The notes under the pieces: model-generated | What the model saw: only the letters and a program-made list of their open reading frames with translations | Database searches by the model: none | Told to the model about the DNA's origin: nothing | NCBI GenBank assembly: GCA_900555615.1 | Contig: USMB01000001.1 | Coordinates: 64,470-128,469, forward strand | DNA length: 64,000 nt | DNA from: an uncultured Clostridium sp. | GTDB taxonomy: Bacteria > Bacillota > Clostridia > TANB77 > CAG-508 | Direction of reading: 5' to 3' | Made by a program: the position numbers and the translations under genes | Part shown: one piece after another, positions 7,747 through 17,511 of the stretch | Layout of the letters: each line of letters begins with the position of its first letter | How positions within the stretch are numbered: position 1 is the first letter of the stretch

Positions 7747-10359
7747 ATGGGAAAAAATAAAAGAAAATCAAACAAACATAGCAAAAGTTCAACAGCATTG
7801 GAAAAAACTAAAAAAGGAAATAAAAGTGCTAAAGCTAAAAGAAAAGATGCAAAAATGAAACTAAAATATAAACATCCTAAATTAGCATTAGCATTAAAAA
7901 TTATTTTAATTGCATTAGTAATTCTTGTAGTAGTTGGAGCAGGTGTCACAATAGGGCTATTATATGGATTATGGGGAGATGATTTAAAAATTAATTTATC
8001 TGAATTAGTATTAAAACAAAATTCAGTAATTTATGACACTGATGAAAATGTAATAGCAGAATTAACTGGTGATGAAAACAGAAAAATTATAACATTAGAA
8101 GAAATGTCACCATATCTTCCCAAAGCGTATATAGCAATAGAAGACGAGAGATTTGAAAAACATCATGGAGTAGATATAAAAAGAACAGGTGCAGCAATAT
8201 TATCATTTATAACACATGGTGGAAAATCAACAGCTGGTGGTGGAAGTACAATAACACAACAATTAGTAAAAAATATTACACAAGACAAAGAAAGTAGTGG
8301 AATAGATGGTGTAATTAGAAAATTAAAAGAATGGGCAAAAGCATATCAAGTAGAAAATGAGTTATCAAAAGACCAAATATTAGAACTATATTTGAACTTG
8401 ATATTTATCGGTGGAAAAAATCAAGATAATAGAGGTGTTGAAATAGCTTCAGAATACTATTTCAATAAATCAGCAAAAGATTTAAGTATAGCACAATGTG
8501 CATTCTTAGCAGGAATTAACCATTCACCAAATAGGTATAATCCATATTTTGGAAGTGACCCGACAGAAAAGATAAATAAAAGAACTAAAACAGTTTTATC
8601 ACAAATGAAAAAATTAGAGTATATAAATCAAGAAGAATATGATGCTGCTGTTGCAGAGGTAGATGCAGGATTTAATTTTGAAAATGGAGCAAAAGGAAAT
8701 GTATATTCTTCACATACAGATGCGTTAATAGACCAATTAATTGCTCAAATAATGGAAGAAAAAGAAATTTCAAAAGATGCGGCAACAACTTATTTATATA
8801 GTAGTGGATTAAAAATATATTCAACTCAAGATTCTTCAGTTCAAACTATAATGGAAGAAGAAGCTAAAAAGAGTAAATATGATCTAAAATCTAAAAAGAA
8901 TACAAATGAAGACGGTTCAGCAGTATTAGCACAAGGTGCTGCAGTAGTTATAGATCCTAAAACAGGATATGTAGTTGGAGCTGTTGGACAATTAGGAGAA
9001 AAAACAACTTCAAGAGGATTGAACAGAATAAAGTCATTAAGACAAACAGGTTCATCTATTAAACCATTGGCAGATGTATTGCCAGGTGTAGAAGAAGGAA
9101 TTGTAACTCCAGCAACAATATATGCAGATTTAGCTACAACATTTGGAAAAGACTATGAACCTCAAAACTACAATAAATTTACAGGTTTAAGAACTGTAAG
9201 AACAGCAGTAACAACATCACAAAATATACCATTTGTAAAAATTATGGCAGAATTAACACCACAAAAATCAATAGAATATATGAGAAAGATGGGAATTTCA
9301 TCATTAGTAACAGCAAAAGAAAATAAAGAGCATAATGATGAAAACTTAGCATTAGCTATTGGTGGTATGACATACGGAGTAAGTCCGTTAGAAATGGCTG
9401 CAGCATATGCAACAGTAGCAAATGATGGAACATATATAGAACCAACATTCTATACTAAAGTAGAAGATTCAAATGGAAAAGTAGTATTAGAACCAGGTCA
9501 AACTACAGAAAAAGTATGTTCTGCAGAAACAGCATATATTGTAAAAAGTGTAATGTTATCTGTTGTAGAAGGTGCTGATGGTTATGCAGGAACAGCTACT
9601 TATTGTGGATTAACAGGAATTGATGTAGCTGCTAAAACAGGAACAACAAACTCATCAAAAGATAGATGGCTTTGTGGATTTACAAATTATTATGCATGTG
9701 CTGCTTGGTATGGATTTGATGATCCTGAAAGAATAAGCTTCCCTGGTACAAATCCTGCAGGACAATTATTCTCTGGAATTATGAAACAAATACATAAAGA
9801 TAAAGAAGATTCATTATTTGAAGAACCAGATAATATTGTTCATGCCAAAGTTTGTAAAACAAGTGGACTTCTTGCAACAAATAAATGCTCAAATACTTAT
9901 TCAGAAATATTTGTAAAGGATCATTTACCAGATACTTGTGATGCACATCAAAATCAATATACAATTTGTACAGAATCAGGAAAATTAGCAAATGAATTTT
10001 GCCCAGCATCAACTAGAGAAACAAGATCAGCAAAATATGTTGTTGAAAAAGAAAGATTAGGATTATGGACAACACCAGGAATTAATACTACTACAACTAG
10101 TGCACCGACTGAATATTGTACAATACATAAGAAAGTTGAGGAAGTTAAGAAACCAGTGGAAGAGAAGCCAAAAGATGATACAGAGAAAAAGCCAGATTCA
10201 AATAATACGACAAAACCAGATTCTGGAAGTAATACGACAGGGAATACAACAGGAGGGAGTAATACAACGGCTGGAAACACAACTAGTGGAGGAAATACTA
10301 CCAATAGTAATACTACATCAGGAGGAAATACAACAACAGGAGGAAATACAGCACAATAG
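7747..10359 (+). CDS. Class A penicillin-binding protein (bifunctional glycosyltransferase/transpeptidase, PBP1A type)
   Basis: GT51 motifs EDERFEKHHG, GGSTITQQL and RKLKE. Transpeptidase motifs SSIK (SxxK), SQN (SxN) and KTGTT. The N-terminus has a basic tail plus a TM, and the C-terminal tail is rich in N, T and G. Confidence 0.92.
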   Translation: MGKNKRKSNKHSKSSTALEKTKKGNKSAKAKRKDAKMKLKYKHPKLALALKIILIALVILVVVGAGVTIGLLYGLWGDDLKINLSELVLKQNSVIYDTDENVIAELTGDENRKIITLEEMSPYLPKAYIAIEDERFEKHHGVDIKRTGAAILSFITHGGKSTAGGGSTITQQLVKNITQDKESSGIDGVIRKLKEWAKAYQVENELSKDQILELYLNLIFIGGKNQDNRGVEIASEYYFNKSAKDLSIAQCAFLAGINHSPNRYNPYFGSDPTEKINKRTKTVLSQMKKLEYINQEEYDAAVAEVDAGFNFENGAKGNVYSSHTDALIDQLIAQIMEEKEISKDAATTYLYSSGLKIYSTQDSSVQTIMEEEAKKSKYDLKSKKNTNEDGSAVLAQGAAVVIDPKTGYVVGAVGQLGEKTTSRGLNRIKSLRQTGSSIKPLADVLPGVEEGIVTPATIYADLATTFGKDYEPQNYNKFTGLRTVRTAVTTSQNIPFVKIMAELTPQKSIEYMRKMGISSLVTAKENKEHNDENLALAIGGMTYGVSPLEMAAAYATVANDGTYIEPTFYTKVEDSNGKVVLEPGQTTEKVCSAETAYIVKSVMLSVVEGADGYAGTATYCGLTGIDVAAKTGTTNSSKDRWLCGFTNYYACAAWYGFDDPERISFPGTNPAGQLFSGIMKQIHKDKEDSLFEEPDNIVHAKVCKTSGLLATNKCSNTYSEIFVKDHLPDTCDAHQNQYTICTESGKLANEFCPASTRETRSAKYVVEKERLGLWTTPGINTTTTSAPTEYCTIHKKVEEVKKPVEEKPKDDTEKKPDSNNTTKPDSGSNTTGNTTGGSNTTAGNTTSGGNTTNSNTTSGGNTTTGGNTAQ

Positions 10360-10419
10360 AAGTTTGAAGGAGAATTATATTTTATAGTTCTCCTCCAAAC
10401 TAATTTTACATATAAGGGA

Positions 10420-11811
10420 GTGAAAATAGTGGACATATATTTTTATAATACATTAACTAAAAAGAAAGAATTATTTGTACCAATAGAAAAAGGAAAAGTA
10501 AGAATGTATTCATGTGGGCCAACAGTATATAAAAATGCAACAATAGGAAATATGAGAACAAACTTATTCCAAGATACTTTAAGAAGAGTATTACGTTATA
10601 ATGGTTATGAATTAAAACATGCAATGAATATAACAGATGTTGGACATCTTGTATCAGATGGCGATGAAGGCGAAGACAAAATGTTAAAATCTGCAAGAGA
10701 AGAGCATAAAACACCATTACAAATTGCAGAATATTATACAAAATTATTCTTTAATGATTTAGAAAGATTAAATATAGAAACACCAGAAATTGTATGTAAG
10801 GCAACAGACCATATCAAAGAAATGTTAGAATTAGTACAAAAAATAATGGAAAGAGGATATGCATATGAAACTTCAACAGCAATTTATTTTGATGTTTCAA
10901 AATTAGATGAATATGGAATATTATCAGGTGTAAATTTAAGAGAACAAAAGGCAGGAGCAAGAGTAGAAGTTGATCCAGAAAAAAGAAATCCATATGATTT
11001 TGCTCTTTGGATAAAAGCGCCAGAAAATCATTTGATGAAGTGGGATAGTCCATGGGGACCAAGCTATCCAGGATGGCATATTGAATGTTCAGCAATGAGT
11101 ACAAAATATTTAGGAGAAGTATTTGATATTCATACAGGAGGAATTGATTTAATACCAACACATCATGAAAATGAAATTGCTCAAAGCAAAGGGGCATGTG
11201 GAAAGATTCCAGCACATTATTGGATGCATGGGGAATATCTTTTAATAAATGGTGGAAAGATGTCAAAAAGCTTAGGAAATGTATATTTATTAGATGATAT
11301 CATAAATAGAGGATATGATCCATTAGTATACAGATTATTTAATTTCTCATGCCATTATAGAGGAAAATTGAATTTTACTTGGGAAGGAATAGAATCTGCT
11401 TCAGTTGCTTTAGATAGGCTAAGAGATGGATATCAAAAGCATTTTGCAGGAAATGTTGAAGTGTCAGATGAAATAATTAATGATATGGAAAATAGATTTC
11501 ACCAAGCAATTAATGATGATTTAAATATGCCACTTGCAATGAGTGTAGTATGGGAAGCTGTAAAATATGCAGATAAATCACCTAAAATAGCAAAATTATT
11601 AGAAAAATTTGATACAGTACTTGGAATTAAGATAACAGAAAAGAAAGAACAAGAAGCAATTCCGGAAGAAATATTAGAATTAGTGGAACAACGTAAAAAA
11701 GCAAGAGAAGAAAAAAATTGGGCGGAATCAGATAGATTAAGAGATTTGATTTCTGAAAAAGGATATGCAGTAAAAGACACAAAAGAAGGAATGGAAGTTA
11801 ATCCGCTATAA
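10420..11811 (+). CDS. cysS: Cysteine--tRNA ligase (divergent subtype)
   Basis: CGPTVY, KMSKS, zinc/Cys-binding context PGWHIECS and HHENEIAQ are present. The HIGH position reads TIGN. The start is GTG at 10420 or, with better spacing to AAGGGAG, GTG at 10429. Confidence 0.9.
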   Translation: MKIVDIYFYNTLTKKKELFVPIEKGKVRMYSCGPTVYKNATIGNMRTNLFQDTLRRVLRYNGYELKHAMNITDVGHLVSDGDEGEDKMLKSAREEHKTPLQIAEYYTKLFFNDLERLNIETPEIVCKATDHIKEMLELVQKIMERGYAYETSTAIYFDVSKLDEYGILSGVNLREQKAGARVEVDPEKRNPYDFALWIKAPENHLMKWDSPWGPSYPGWHIECSAMSTKYLGEVFDIHTGGIDLIPTHHENEIAQSKGACGKIPAHYWMHGEYLLINGGKMSKSLGNVYLLDDIINRGYDPLVYRLFNFSCHYRGKLNFTWEGIESASVALDRLRDGYQKHFAGNVEVSDEIINDMENRFHQAINDDLNMPLAMSVVWEAVKYADKSPKIAKLLEKFDTVLGIKITEKKEQEAIPEEILELVEQRKKAREEKNWAESDRLRDLISEKGYAVKDTKEGMEVNPL

Positions 11812-11829
11812 TATAGAAGGAGGAGTAAT

Positions 11830-13539
11830 ATGGTAGATTTTAAGAAAATAATAGCAGAATCAATAGCAAAAGTATTAAATATTGAAACTAATGAAATAGA
11901 AATGTCAATTGAAAAGCCAAAAGGAGCTGACAATGGAGATTATGCATTTCCTTGTTTTAAATTAGCAAAAACATTAAGAAAAGCTCCACCTGTTATTGCA
12001 GAAGAAATAAAAAGCCAAATTAAAGTTGATGAATCACAAATTGTTAAAATCGAAGTAGTTGGTGGATATTTGAACTTTTTTGTAAATAAAGAATTATTAG
12101 CCAAAGAAGTTTTAGAAGAAATCAGCAAAGATGAACAATATGGTAAATCTTCAATAGGGAAAGAAAAAAATATAGTAATAGATTATTCTGCACCTAATAT
12201 TGCAAAACCATTCCATATTGGACATTTGCGTTCAACAGTAATAGGAGCAGCATTATATAATATTTATAAATATTTAGGATATAATGTTACAGGAATAAAT
12301 CATTTAGGAGATTATGGAACACAATTTGGAAAACTAATTGAAGGATATAAGCTTTGGGGCAGTGAATATAATTTAGACGAAAATCCAATTGATGAATTAA
12401 CTAAAATTTATATTAGAATAAACAATGCTTGTAAAGAAGATGAAAAAATCTTAGAAAATTGTAGAAATAACTTCAAAAAATTAGAAGATGGAGATCCATA
12501 TTGTGTTGAACTATGGAAGAAATTCAGAGAAGTAAGTTTGAAGGAATTTCAAAAAGTTTATGATTTATTAGGAAGCAAATTTGATTCTTGGAATGGTGAA
12601 GCATTCTATTCTGATAAAATGCAAGAAGTAGTGGACATATTAGAAAAATCAGGAAAGCTAGTAGAGTCACAAGGTGCTAAAATAATTGATTTAGAAGATA
12701 AAGGAATAAATACACCATGTATAATAGAAAAGAGCAATGGTTCTTCAACATATGCTACAAGAGATTTAGCAGCAATTTTATATAGAGCTAGAACATATGA
12801 TTTTGACAAAGCATTATATGTTACATCATATGAACAAGTATTACACTTTAAACAAATCTTTGAAGTGGCTAAATTATTAGGCTTAGACGAGAAATATACT
12901 AAAGGACTAGAACATGTATCATTTGGAATGGTATTATTGCCAACTGGAAAAATGTCTACAAGAGAAGGTACAAGCATCAAATTAAGTGATTTGCTTAATG
13001 AATCTATTTCAAGAGCAAAGGCTATAATTGAAGAAAAAAATCCAGATCTTGAAAATAAAGAAGATGTGGCACGCAAAGTTGGGGTCGGAGCTATAATTTT
13101 CAATGATTTATCTAATAGTCGTATAAAAGATGAAATCTTTGATTGGGATACAATCCTTAATTTTCAAGGAGAAACAGGCCCATATGTTCAATATACTTAT
13201 GTTCGTACAAAGAGTGTAATTGAAAAAGCTGGAGGAGTTCCTGATATAAAAGAAGTAAATGTTGAAAAATTATTAGATGATGCATCAAGTAAAATAGTGA
13301 AATTGATTTATCAATTCGAAGATACATTAATTCAAGTTACTGACAAAAATGAACCATATATATTGTCTAGGTATTTGATTGATGTTGCTAAAGCTTATAG
13401 TAATTTTTATAATGAAAATAAGATTATTGTTGATGATAAAGAGCTTCAAAATGCACGTGTTTATTTGACATATGCTGTTGGAAGTATTTTGAAAACAGGT
13501 TGCAAGTTGTTGGGAATAGAAATGCCTGATAAGATGTAG
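11830..13539 (+). CDS. argS: Arginine--tRNA ligase
   Basis: HIGH motif PFHIGHLRS, KMSK-equivalent GKMSTREG and a C-terminal anticodon-binding (DALR-type) region. RBS AAGGAGGAG lies upstream. Confidence 0.95.
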   Translation: MVDFKKIIAESIAKVLNIETNEIEMSIEKPKGADNGDYAFPCFKLAKTLRKAPPVIAEEIKSQIKVDESQIVKIEVVGGYLNFFVNKELLAKEVLEEISKDEQYGKSSIGKEKNIVIDYSAPNIAKPFHIGHLRSTVIGAALYNIYKYLGYNVTGINHLGDYGTQFGKLIEGYKLWGSEYNLDENPIDELTKIYIRINNACKEDEKILENCRNNFKKLEDGDPYCVELWKKFREVSLKEFQKVYDLLGSKFDSWNGEAFYSDKMQEVVDILEKSGKLVESQGAKIIDLEDKGINTPCIIEKSNGSSTYATRDLAAILYRARTYDFDKALYVTSYEQVLHFKQIFEVAKLLGLDEKYTKGLEHVSFGMVLLPTGKMSTREGTSIKLSDLLNESISRAKAIIEEKNPDLENKEDVARKVGVGAIIFNDLSNSRIKDEIFDWDTILNFQGETGPYVQYTYVRTKSVIEKAGGVPDIKEVNVEKLLDDASSKIVKLIYQFEDTLIQVTDKNEPYILSRYLIDVAKAYSNFYNENKIIVDDKELQNARVYLTYAVGSILKTGCKLLGIEMPDKM

Positions 13540-13563
13540 AAATAAAAAGAATATAACAAAAAA

Positions 13564-13590
13564 GGCTTACCAGAAAAGGTAAGTCTTTTA
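13564..13590. terminator. Bidirectional terminator between convergent argS and deoD
   Basis: GGCTTACC-agaaaa-GGTAAGTC, flanked by an A-run on the left and a T-run on the right. Confidence 0.75.
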
Positions 13591-13595
13591 AAGTT

Positions 13596-14318
13596 TTATA
13601 ATAATACAGCACTTTCTAAAGCAAGTTTTATCATATTATTAAGACCAGTTTGACGTTCTTCAGGAGTTGCAATTTCTTTAATATATTTAGAATCTACTAC
13701 ACTCATTAAACATGCAGCTTTTTTATTTAAAACTTTAGCAACGTAGAATAAAGCAAAAGCCTCCATCTCAGCAGCTGCTGGATTGAAATTTTCTGGTATT
13801 CTTGTTAAGAATTGATTAACATCAGTCATGTAAACGTCAAAACAATCAGTGCAAACAGTGTTTCCATATAAAATATTTATATTAGTTTGGTTAGCTGTTG
13901 ATTTTATAACATCATTTAAATCTTTGTTACTTGAAACAATATGACAATTTTCGTTATTTAAAGTTAAAGCAAAATTTCCTTCAGAAAATACATTTTCAGA
14001 AAGCACTATATCAAATAGTTTTAAGTCAGGTCTATAAGCTCCACAAGAACCTATACGTATAATATTTTCTACTCCATAGAATTTGTATAATTCATAAGAA
14101 TAAATTCCCATGCTTGGCATTCCCATACCAGAAGCCATAACAGTAATTTCTTTTCCTTTGTAGTTTCCTGTAAAGGCATACATTCCTCTAACAGAATTAA
14201 CTAATTTGTAGTTATCTAAAAAATTTTCAGCAATATATTTGGCACGAAGTGGGTCACCAGGCATTATTACAGTTTTAGCAATATCGCCTAAATTTGCTTC
14301 ATTATGTGGTGTTGACAT
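13596..14318 (-). CDS. deoD: Purine nucleoside phosphorylase, DeoD type
   Basis: The N-terminus MSTPHNEANLGDIAKTVIMPGDPLRAKYIAE and the motifs SGMGMPS and SCGA are typical of hexameric PNP. Confidence 0.9.
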   Translation of the reverse strand: MSTPHNEANLGDIAKTVIMPGDPLRAKYIAENFLDNYKLVNSVRGMYAFTGNYKGKEITVMASGMGMPSMGIYSYELYKFYGVENIIRIGSCGAYRPDLKLFDIVLSENVFSEGNFALTLNNENCHIVSSNKDLNDVIKSTANQTNINILYGNTVCTDCFDVYMTDVNQFLTRIPENFNPAAAEMEAFALFYVAKVLNKKAACLMSVVDSKYIKEIATPEERQTGLNNMIKLALESAVLL

Positions 14319-14380
14319 ATAAATTACCTCCTTATTATTTTATTGCATTATATCAATTAAAAATATAAATTTCAAGAAGA

Positions 14381-14420
14381 AAAAATAAAAAACAGAGAAC
14401 CTAGTTAGGCTCTCTGTTTT
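14381..14420 (-). terminator. Rho-independent terminator of the 14425-14913 gene
   Basis: AACAGAGAACC / GGCTCTCTGTT stem with one mismatch. On the - strand it is followed by a T-rich run. Confidence 0.7.
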
Positions 14421-14424
14421 AGAG

Positions 14425-14913
14425 TTAAAAATCACCTGTCAGGAAATGTATGACAATATCCTTAAACCCAATTGTAGATAAAATATTGACTACAAGAGGG
14501 GAAAGTTTTTCACTTTCCTCTTGAGAAGCAATAAAAGCTTCAAATTCTTTATTAAGCTGAAGGCCAGTTTTGTTAAGTTCTTCGTAAAGAGAATTGCGAT
14601 GAATTTCGAGAGCTTCATCAATTTGAGAAAGTTTTTGATAAAACTCTTTCCGATTGATTCTTGCTTGTGAAAGCAAGTAAAATGCTTCATTTAAGATTTG
14701 ATGAGAATTATTAGGATAATGTGAGTAAATTCCTTTGCATTGCCCAATAAGTTGTAGTGCGGCTTCAAAGGATTGTTTGCAGTCTAAAATTTCTTGCAAA
14801 TTAGCATCAGGATTATAAACTGCATCTACTTTTTTCATTGTATCAACATATTTTTCATATGTTTCCTTAATAGAACAGTGCCGAGAAATAAGTTTTGCAA
14901 TTTCAGTATTCAT
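14425..14913 (-). CDS. Hypothetical helical protein
   Basis: ATG at 14913 sits 9 nt after AAGGAG on the - strand; the listed GTG at 14934 overlaps that RBS. No recognisable motif. Confidence 0.5.
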   Translation of the reverse strand: MNTEIAKLISRHCSIKETYEKYVDTMKKVDAVYNPDANLQEILDCKQSFEAALQLIGQCKGIYSHYPNNSHQILNEAFYLLSQARINRKEFYQKLSQIDEALEIHRNSLYEELNKTGLQLNKEFEAFIASQEESEKLSPLVVNILSTIGFKDIVIHFLTGDF

Positions 14914-15094
14914 TTTATATAACTCCTTTTCCACAAAAGTGGTTTACTTATGCAATAACATTATATCATACAAGTTACATAATGTAAATAGTGCAAATGA
15001 ATTTATTTCACACAAAAAACACAATTAAGGAATAATTTCATAACAAAATACATATAAAATCATAGCATAGAAAAAATTGGAAAGGATAGTTATT

Positions 15095-15748
15095 ATGAGA
15101 GAAAATGATTTAATAATAATTGAAAATTTTTTGGAAAATAAAGAAGAAAAGTTAGATGTAAAAGAAGAGCCTTTTGATAAGCTGATGTTTTTCTACAAAT
15201 CAGCATTAAAACAATTAAATATACAAATGAATATTATAAAAGAAGAATTTCAAATTATGTATAATTATGACTTAATAGACCATATTGACACAAGAATAAA
15301 AGAGCCAAAGAGTATAATAAAAAAAATGGAGAAGAAGAAATATGACAAAACATATTTGAATTTAATTGAAAAAATTAATGATGTAGCAGGAATGAGAATA
15401 GTATGTACTTTAAAAGATGATATATTTTTTATTAGAGATTTGATTAAACAAATGCCAGATATTCATATATTAAAAGAAAAAGATTATGTTACAAATCCAA
15501 AACCAAGTGGATATTCTAGCTATCATATGGTAGTTGAAGTACCGGTTAGATTGACTCAAAAGACAATATATGTAAAATGCGAAATACAAATTAGAACACT
15601 TGCAATGGATTTCTGGGCAAGTTTTGAGCATAAAGTTAAATATAAAACAGAACATAATGTAAGCAAAAAGACATCAAAAGAATTAGTTTCATGTGCAAAG
15701 ATGATAAGTAAATTTGACGATAAAATGATTTCATTAAAAAATATATAG
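15095..15748 (+). CDS. Small alarmone synthetase (RelQ/RelP-type GTP pyrophosphokinase)
   Basis: The protein has a RelA/SpoT synthetase domain only, with AGMRIVC, GYSSYHMVV and EIQIRTLAMDFWASFEHK. There is no hydrolase or regulatory domain. ATG at 15095 follows GAAAGGA. Confidence 0.88.
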   Translation: MRENDLIIIENFLENKEEKLDVKEEPFDKLMFFYKSALKQLNIQMNIIKEEFQIMYNYDLIDHIDTRIKEPKSIIKKMEKKKYDKTYLNLIEKINDVAGMRIVCTLKDDIFFIRDLIKQMPDIHILKEKDYVTNPKPSGYSSYHMVVEVPVRLTQKTIYVKCEIQIRTLAMDFWASFEHKVKYKTEHNVSKKTSKELVSCAKMISKFDDKMISLKNI

Positions 15749-15766
15749 TGAATTAGCCAAAATCTC

Positions 15767-15795
15767 TTGACAGTTTACAATAATAATTATAAAAT
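15767..15795 (+). promoter_or_regulatory. Sigma-A-type promoter candidate for rny
   Basis: TTGACA (15767-15772), a 17-nt spacer, then TAAAAT (15790-15795). Confidence 0.5.
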
Positions 15796-15887
15796 ATAAT
15801 AGGTTGAAAAAATATATAAAAAATTAAAATGAAAAAAGATATATTTATTCGAACATTGAAAATTAAATAAGAAAGAGGTGTATGATT

Positions 15888-17429
15888 ATGCAAACATTAA
15901 TCATAGTAGCCGCTGTCTTAATCTCATTAGCAATTGGAATTTTTATTGGAATGGTAATAAGAAAGAAAGTTGCAGAATCTAAAATTGAAAGTGCAGAACA
16001 AGAAGCAAAAAGATTAGTTGAACTAGCAAAAATAGACGCAGAAAATCTAAAGAAAGAAGAAATCTTCAAAGCAAAAGAAGAAATTATGAATGCTAGAAAT
16101 GAGTTAGATCAAGAGATTAAAGAAAGAAGAGGCGAAATTCAAAAACAAGAAAGTAGAATTATTCAAAAAGAAGAGAACTTAGAAAGACGTTCAGATAATT
16201 TTGAGAAAAAAGAAAGAGAATTAGAACGTGATGAACAAGCTCTAAAAGAAAGAGAAAATGAAATTGAGGATTTAAAGGCAGAACAAGTAGAAGCTCTACA
16301 AAAAATTGCAAACTTAAGCCAAGAAGAAGCAAAAACACAGTTGTTAAAAAAGGTAGAAGAAGATATAACAGCTGAAAAAGCAGCTTTAATCAGAGACTTA
16401 GAACAAAAAGCCAAAGAGGAAGCTACAAAAAATGCTAAAGAAACAATAAGTTATGCAATTCAAAAATGTGCAGCAGATCACTCTGCAGAAACAACAGTTT
16501 CAATAGTACCACTTCCATCAGATGATATTAAAGGAAGAATTATTGGTAGAGAAGGAAGAAACATAAAAGCACTAGAAACATTAACTGGAATTGATTTGAT
16601 AATAGATGATACACCAGAAGCAGTAATCTTATCAGGTTTTGATCCATTAAGAAGAGAAGTTGCAAGAATAGCACTTGAAAAATTAATTGATGATGGTAGA
16701 ATTCATCCAGCTAAAATAGAAGAAATGGTTGAAAAGGCTAAAGAAGAGCTATCTGAAACAATTAAATCTGAAGGAGAAAGAGCAGCATTAGAAACAGGAG
16801 TAATTGGTTTAAATCCAGAACTTATCAAATTAATAGGAAAATTAAAATACAGAACAAGTTATGGACAAAATGTATTAAACCATTCAATTGAAGTTTCAAA
16901 CTTAGCAAGAATAATGGCTGAAGAACTTGGATTAGATGCAAAACTTGCACGTAGAGCAGGATTATTACATGATATAGGAAAAGCACTAGACCATGATATG
17001 GAAGGTACACACGTACAAATCGGAGTTGATATTTTAAAGAAATTTAAAGAAAATCCACTTGTAATAAATGCTGTAGAAGCTCACCATGGAGATGTTGAAC
17101 CACAAACATTAGAAGCTGTATTAGTACAAGCTGCTGATGCAATCTCAGCATCAAGACCAGGAGCAAGAAGAGAAACATTAGAAGCATACATAAAGAGATT
17201 AGAAAATCTTGAAGCTATTGCAGATTCATTTGACGGTGTTGAAAAATCATTTGCAATTCAAGCTGGTCGTGAAGTTAGAATTATCGTAAAACCAGAAAAA
17301 ATTTCAGATGATCAAATGACATTACTTGCAAGAGATGTATCTAAGAGAATTGAAGAAGAAATGGATTATCCAGGACAAATCAAAGTAAATGTTATTAGAG
17401 AAACAAGAGTTGTAGATTATGCAAAATAA
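15888..17429 (+). CDS. rny: Ribonuclease Y
   Basis: N-terminal TM, a long E/K coiled coil, KH domain [15 protein letters not shown] and HD domain [11 protein letters not shown] at 15888 is 9 nt after AAGAGG; ATG at 15882 is an alternative start. Confidence 0.95.
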   Translation: MQTLIIVAAVLISLAIGIFIGMVIRKKVAESKIESAEQEAKRLVELAKIDAENLKKEEIFKAKEEIMNARNELDQEIKERRGEIQKQESRIIQKEENLERRSDNFEKKERELERDEQALKERENEIEDLKAEQVEALQKIANLSQEEAKTQLLKKVEEDITAEKAALIRDLEQKAKEEATKNAKETISYAIQKCAADHSAETTVSIVPLPSDDIKGRIIGREGRNIKALETLTGIDLIIDDTPEAVILSGFDPLRREVARIALEKLIDDGRIHPAKIEEMVEKAKEELSETIKSEGERAALETGVIGLNPELIKLIGKLKYRTSYGQNVLNHSIEVSNLARIMAEELGLDAKLARRAGLLHDIGKALDHDMEGTHVQIGVDILKKFKENPLVINAVEAHHGDVEPQTLEAVLVQAADAISASRPGARRETLEAYIKRLENLEAIADSFDGVEKSFAIQAGREVRIIVKPEKISDDQMTLLARDVSKRIEEEMDYPGQIKVNVIRETRVVDYAK

Positions 17430-17430
17430 A

Positions 17431-17455
17431 AACAGGCAGAAATGCCTGTTTTTTT
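17431..17455 (+). terminator. Rho-independent terminator of rny
   Basis: AACAGGCA-gaaa-TGCCTGTT followed by a T-run. Confidence 0.85.
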
Positions 17456-17467
17456 GTTATATTTGTA

Positions 17468-17496
17468 TTGACAAACAAGAACAATTGTTTTATAAT
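17468..17496 (+). promoter_or_regulatory. Promoter with embedded LexA (Cheo-type SOS) box
   Basis: TTGACA (17468-17473), a 17-nt spacer, then TATAAT (17491-17496). The spacer contains AGAACAATTGTTTT (17478-17491), which matches GAAC-N4-GTT(C/T). Confidence 0.7.
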
Positions 17497-17511
17497 TGCG
17501 TTGGTGATATT

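Noticed and set aside
10140-10356. Repetitive DNA considered as a possible CRISPR array or tandem-repeat locus
   Set aside because: The repeats are short (about 15 nt), imperfect, have no spacers and lie in frame within the PBP1A ORF.
10360-10428. T-box leader upstream of cysS/argS
   Set aside because: Only about 60 nt (cysS) and 18 nt (argS) are available, far shorter than a T-box, and no T-box sequence motif was seen.
9954-10436. 160-aa - strand ORF and the 95-aa + strand ORF (10100-10387) across the end of the PBP1A gene
   Set aside because: Both are alternative-frame readings of the N/T/G repeat DNA and have a low-complexity V/P/F composition. The PBP frame is continuous with the catalytic domains.
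14425-15748. Small alarmone synthetase plus neighbour as a toxSAS toxin-antitoxin pair
   Set aside because: The neighbouring gene is divergently transcribed rather than in an operon, and the synthetase has ordinary RelQ/RelP length and motifs.
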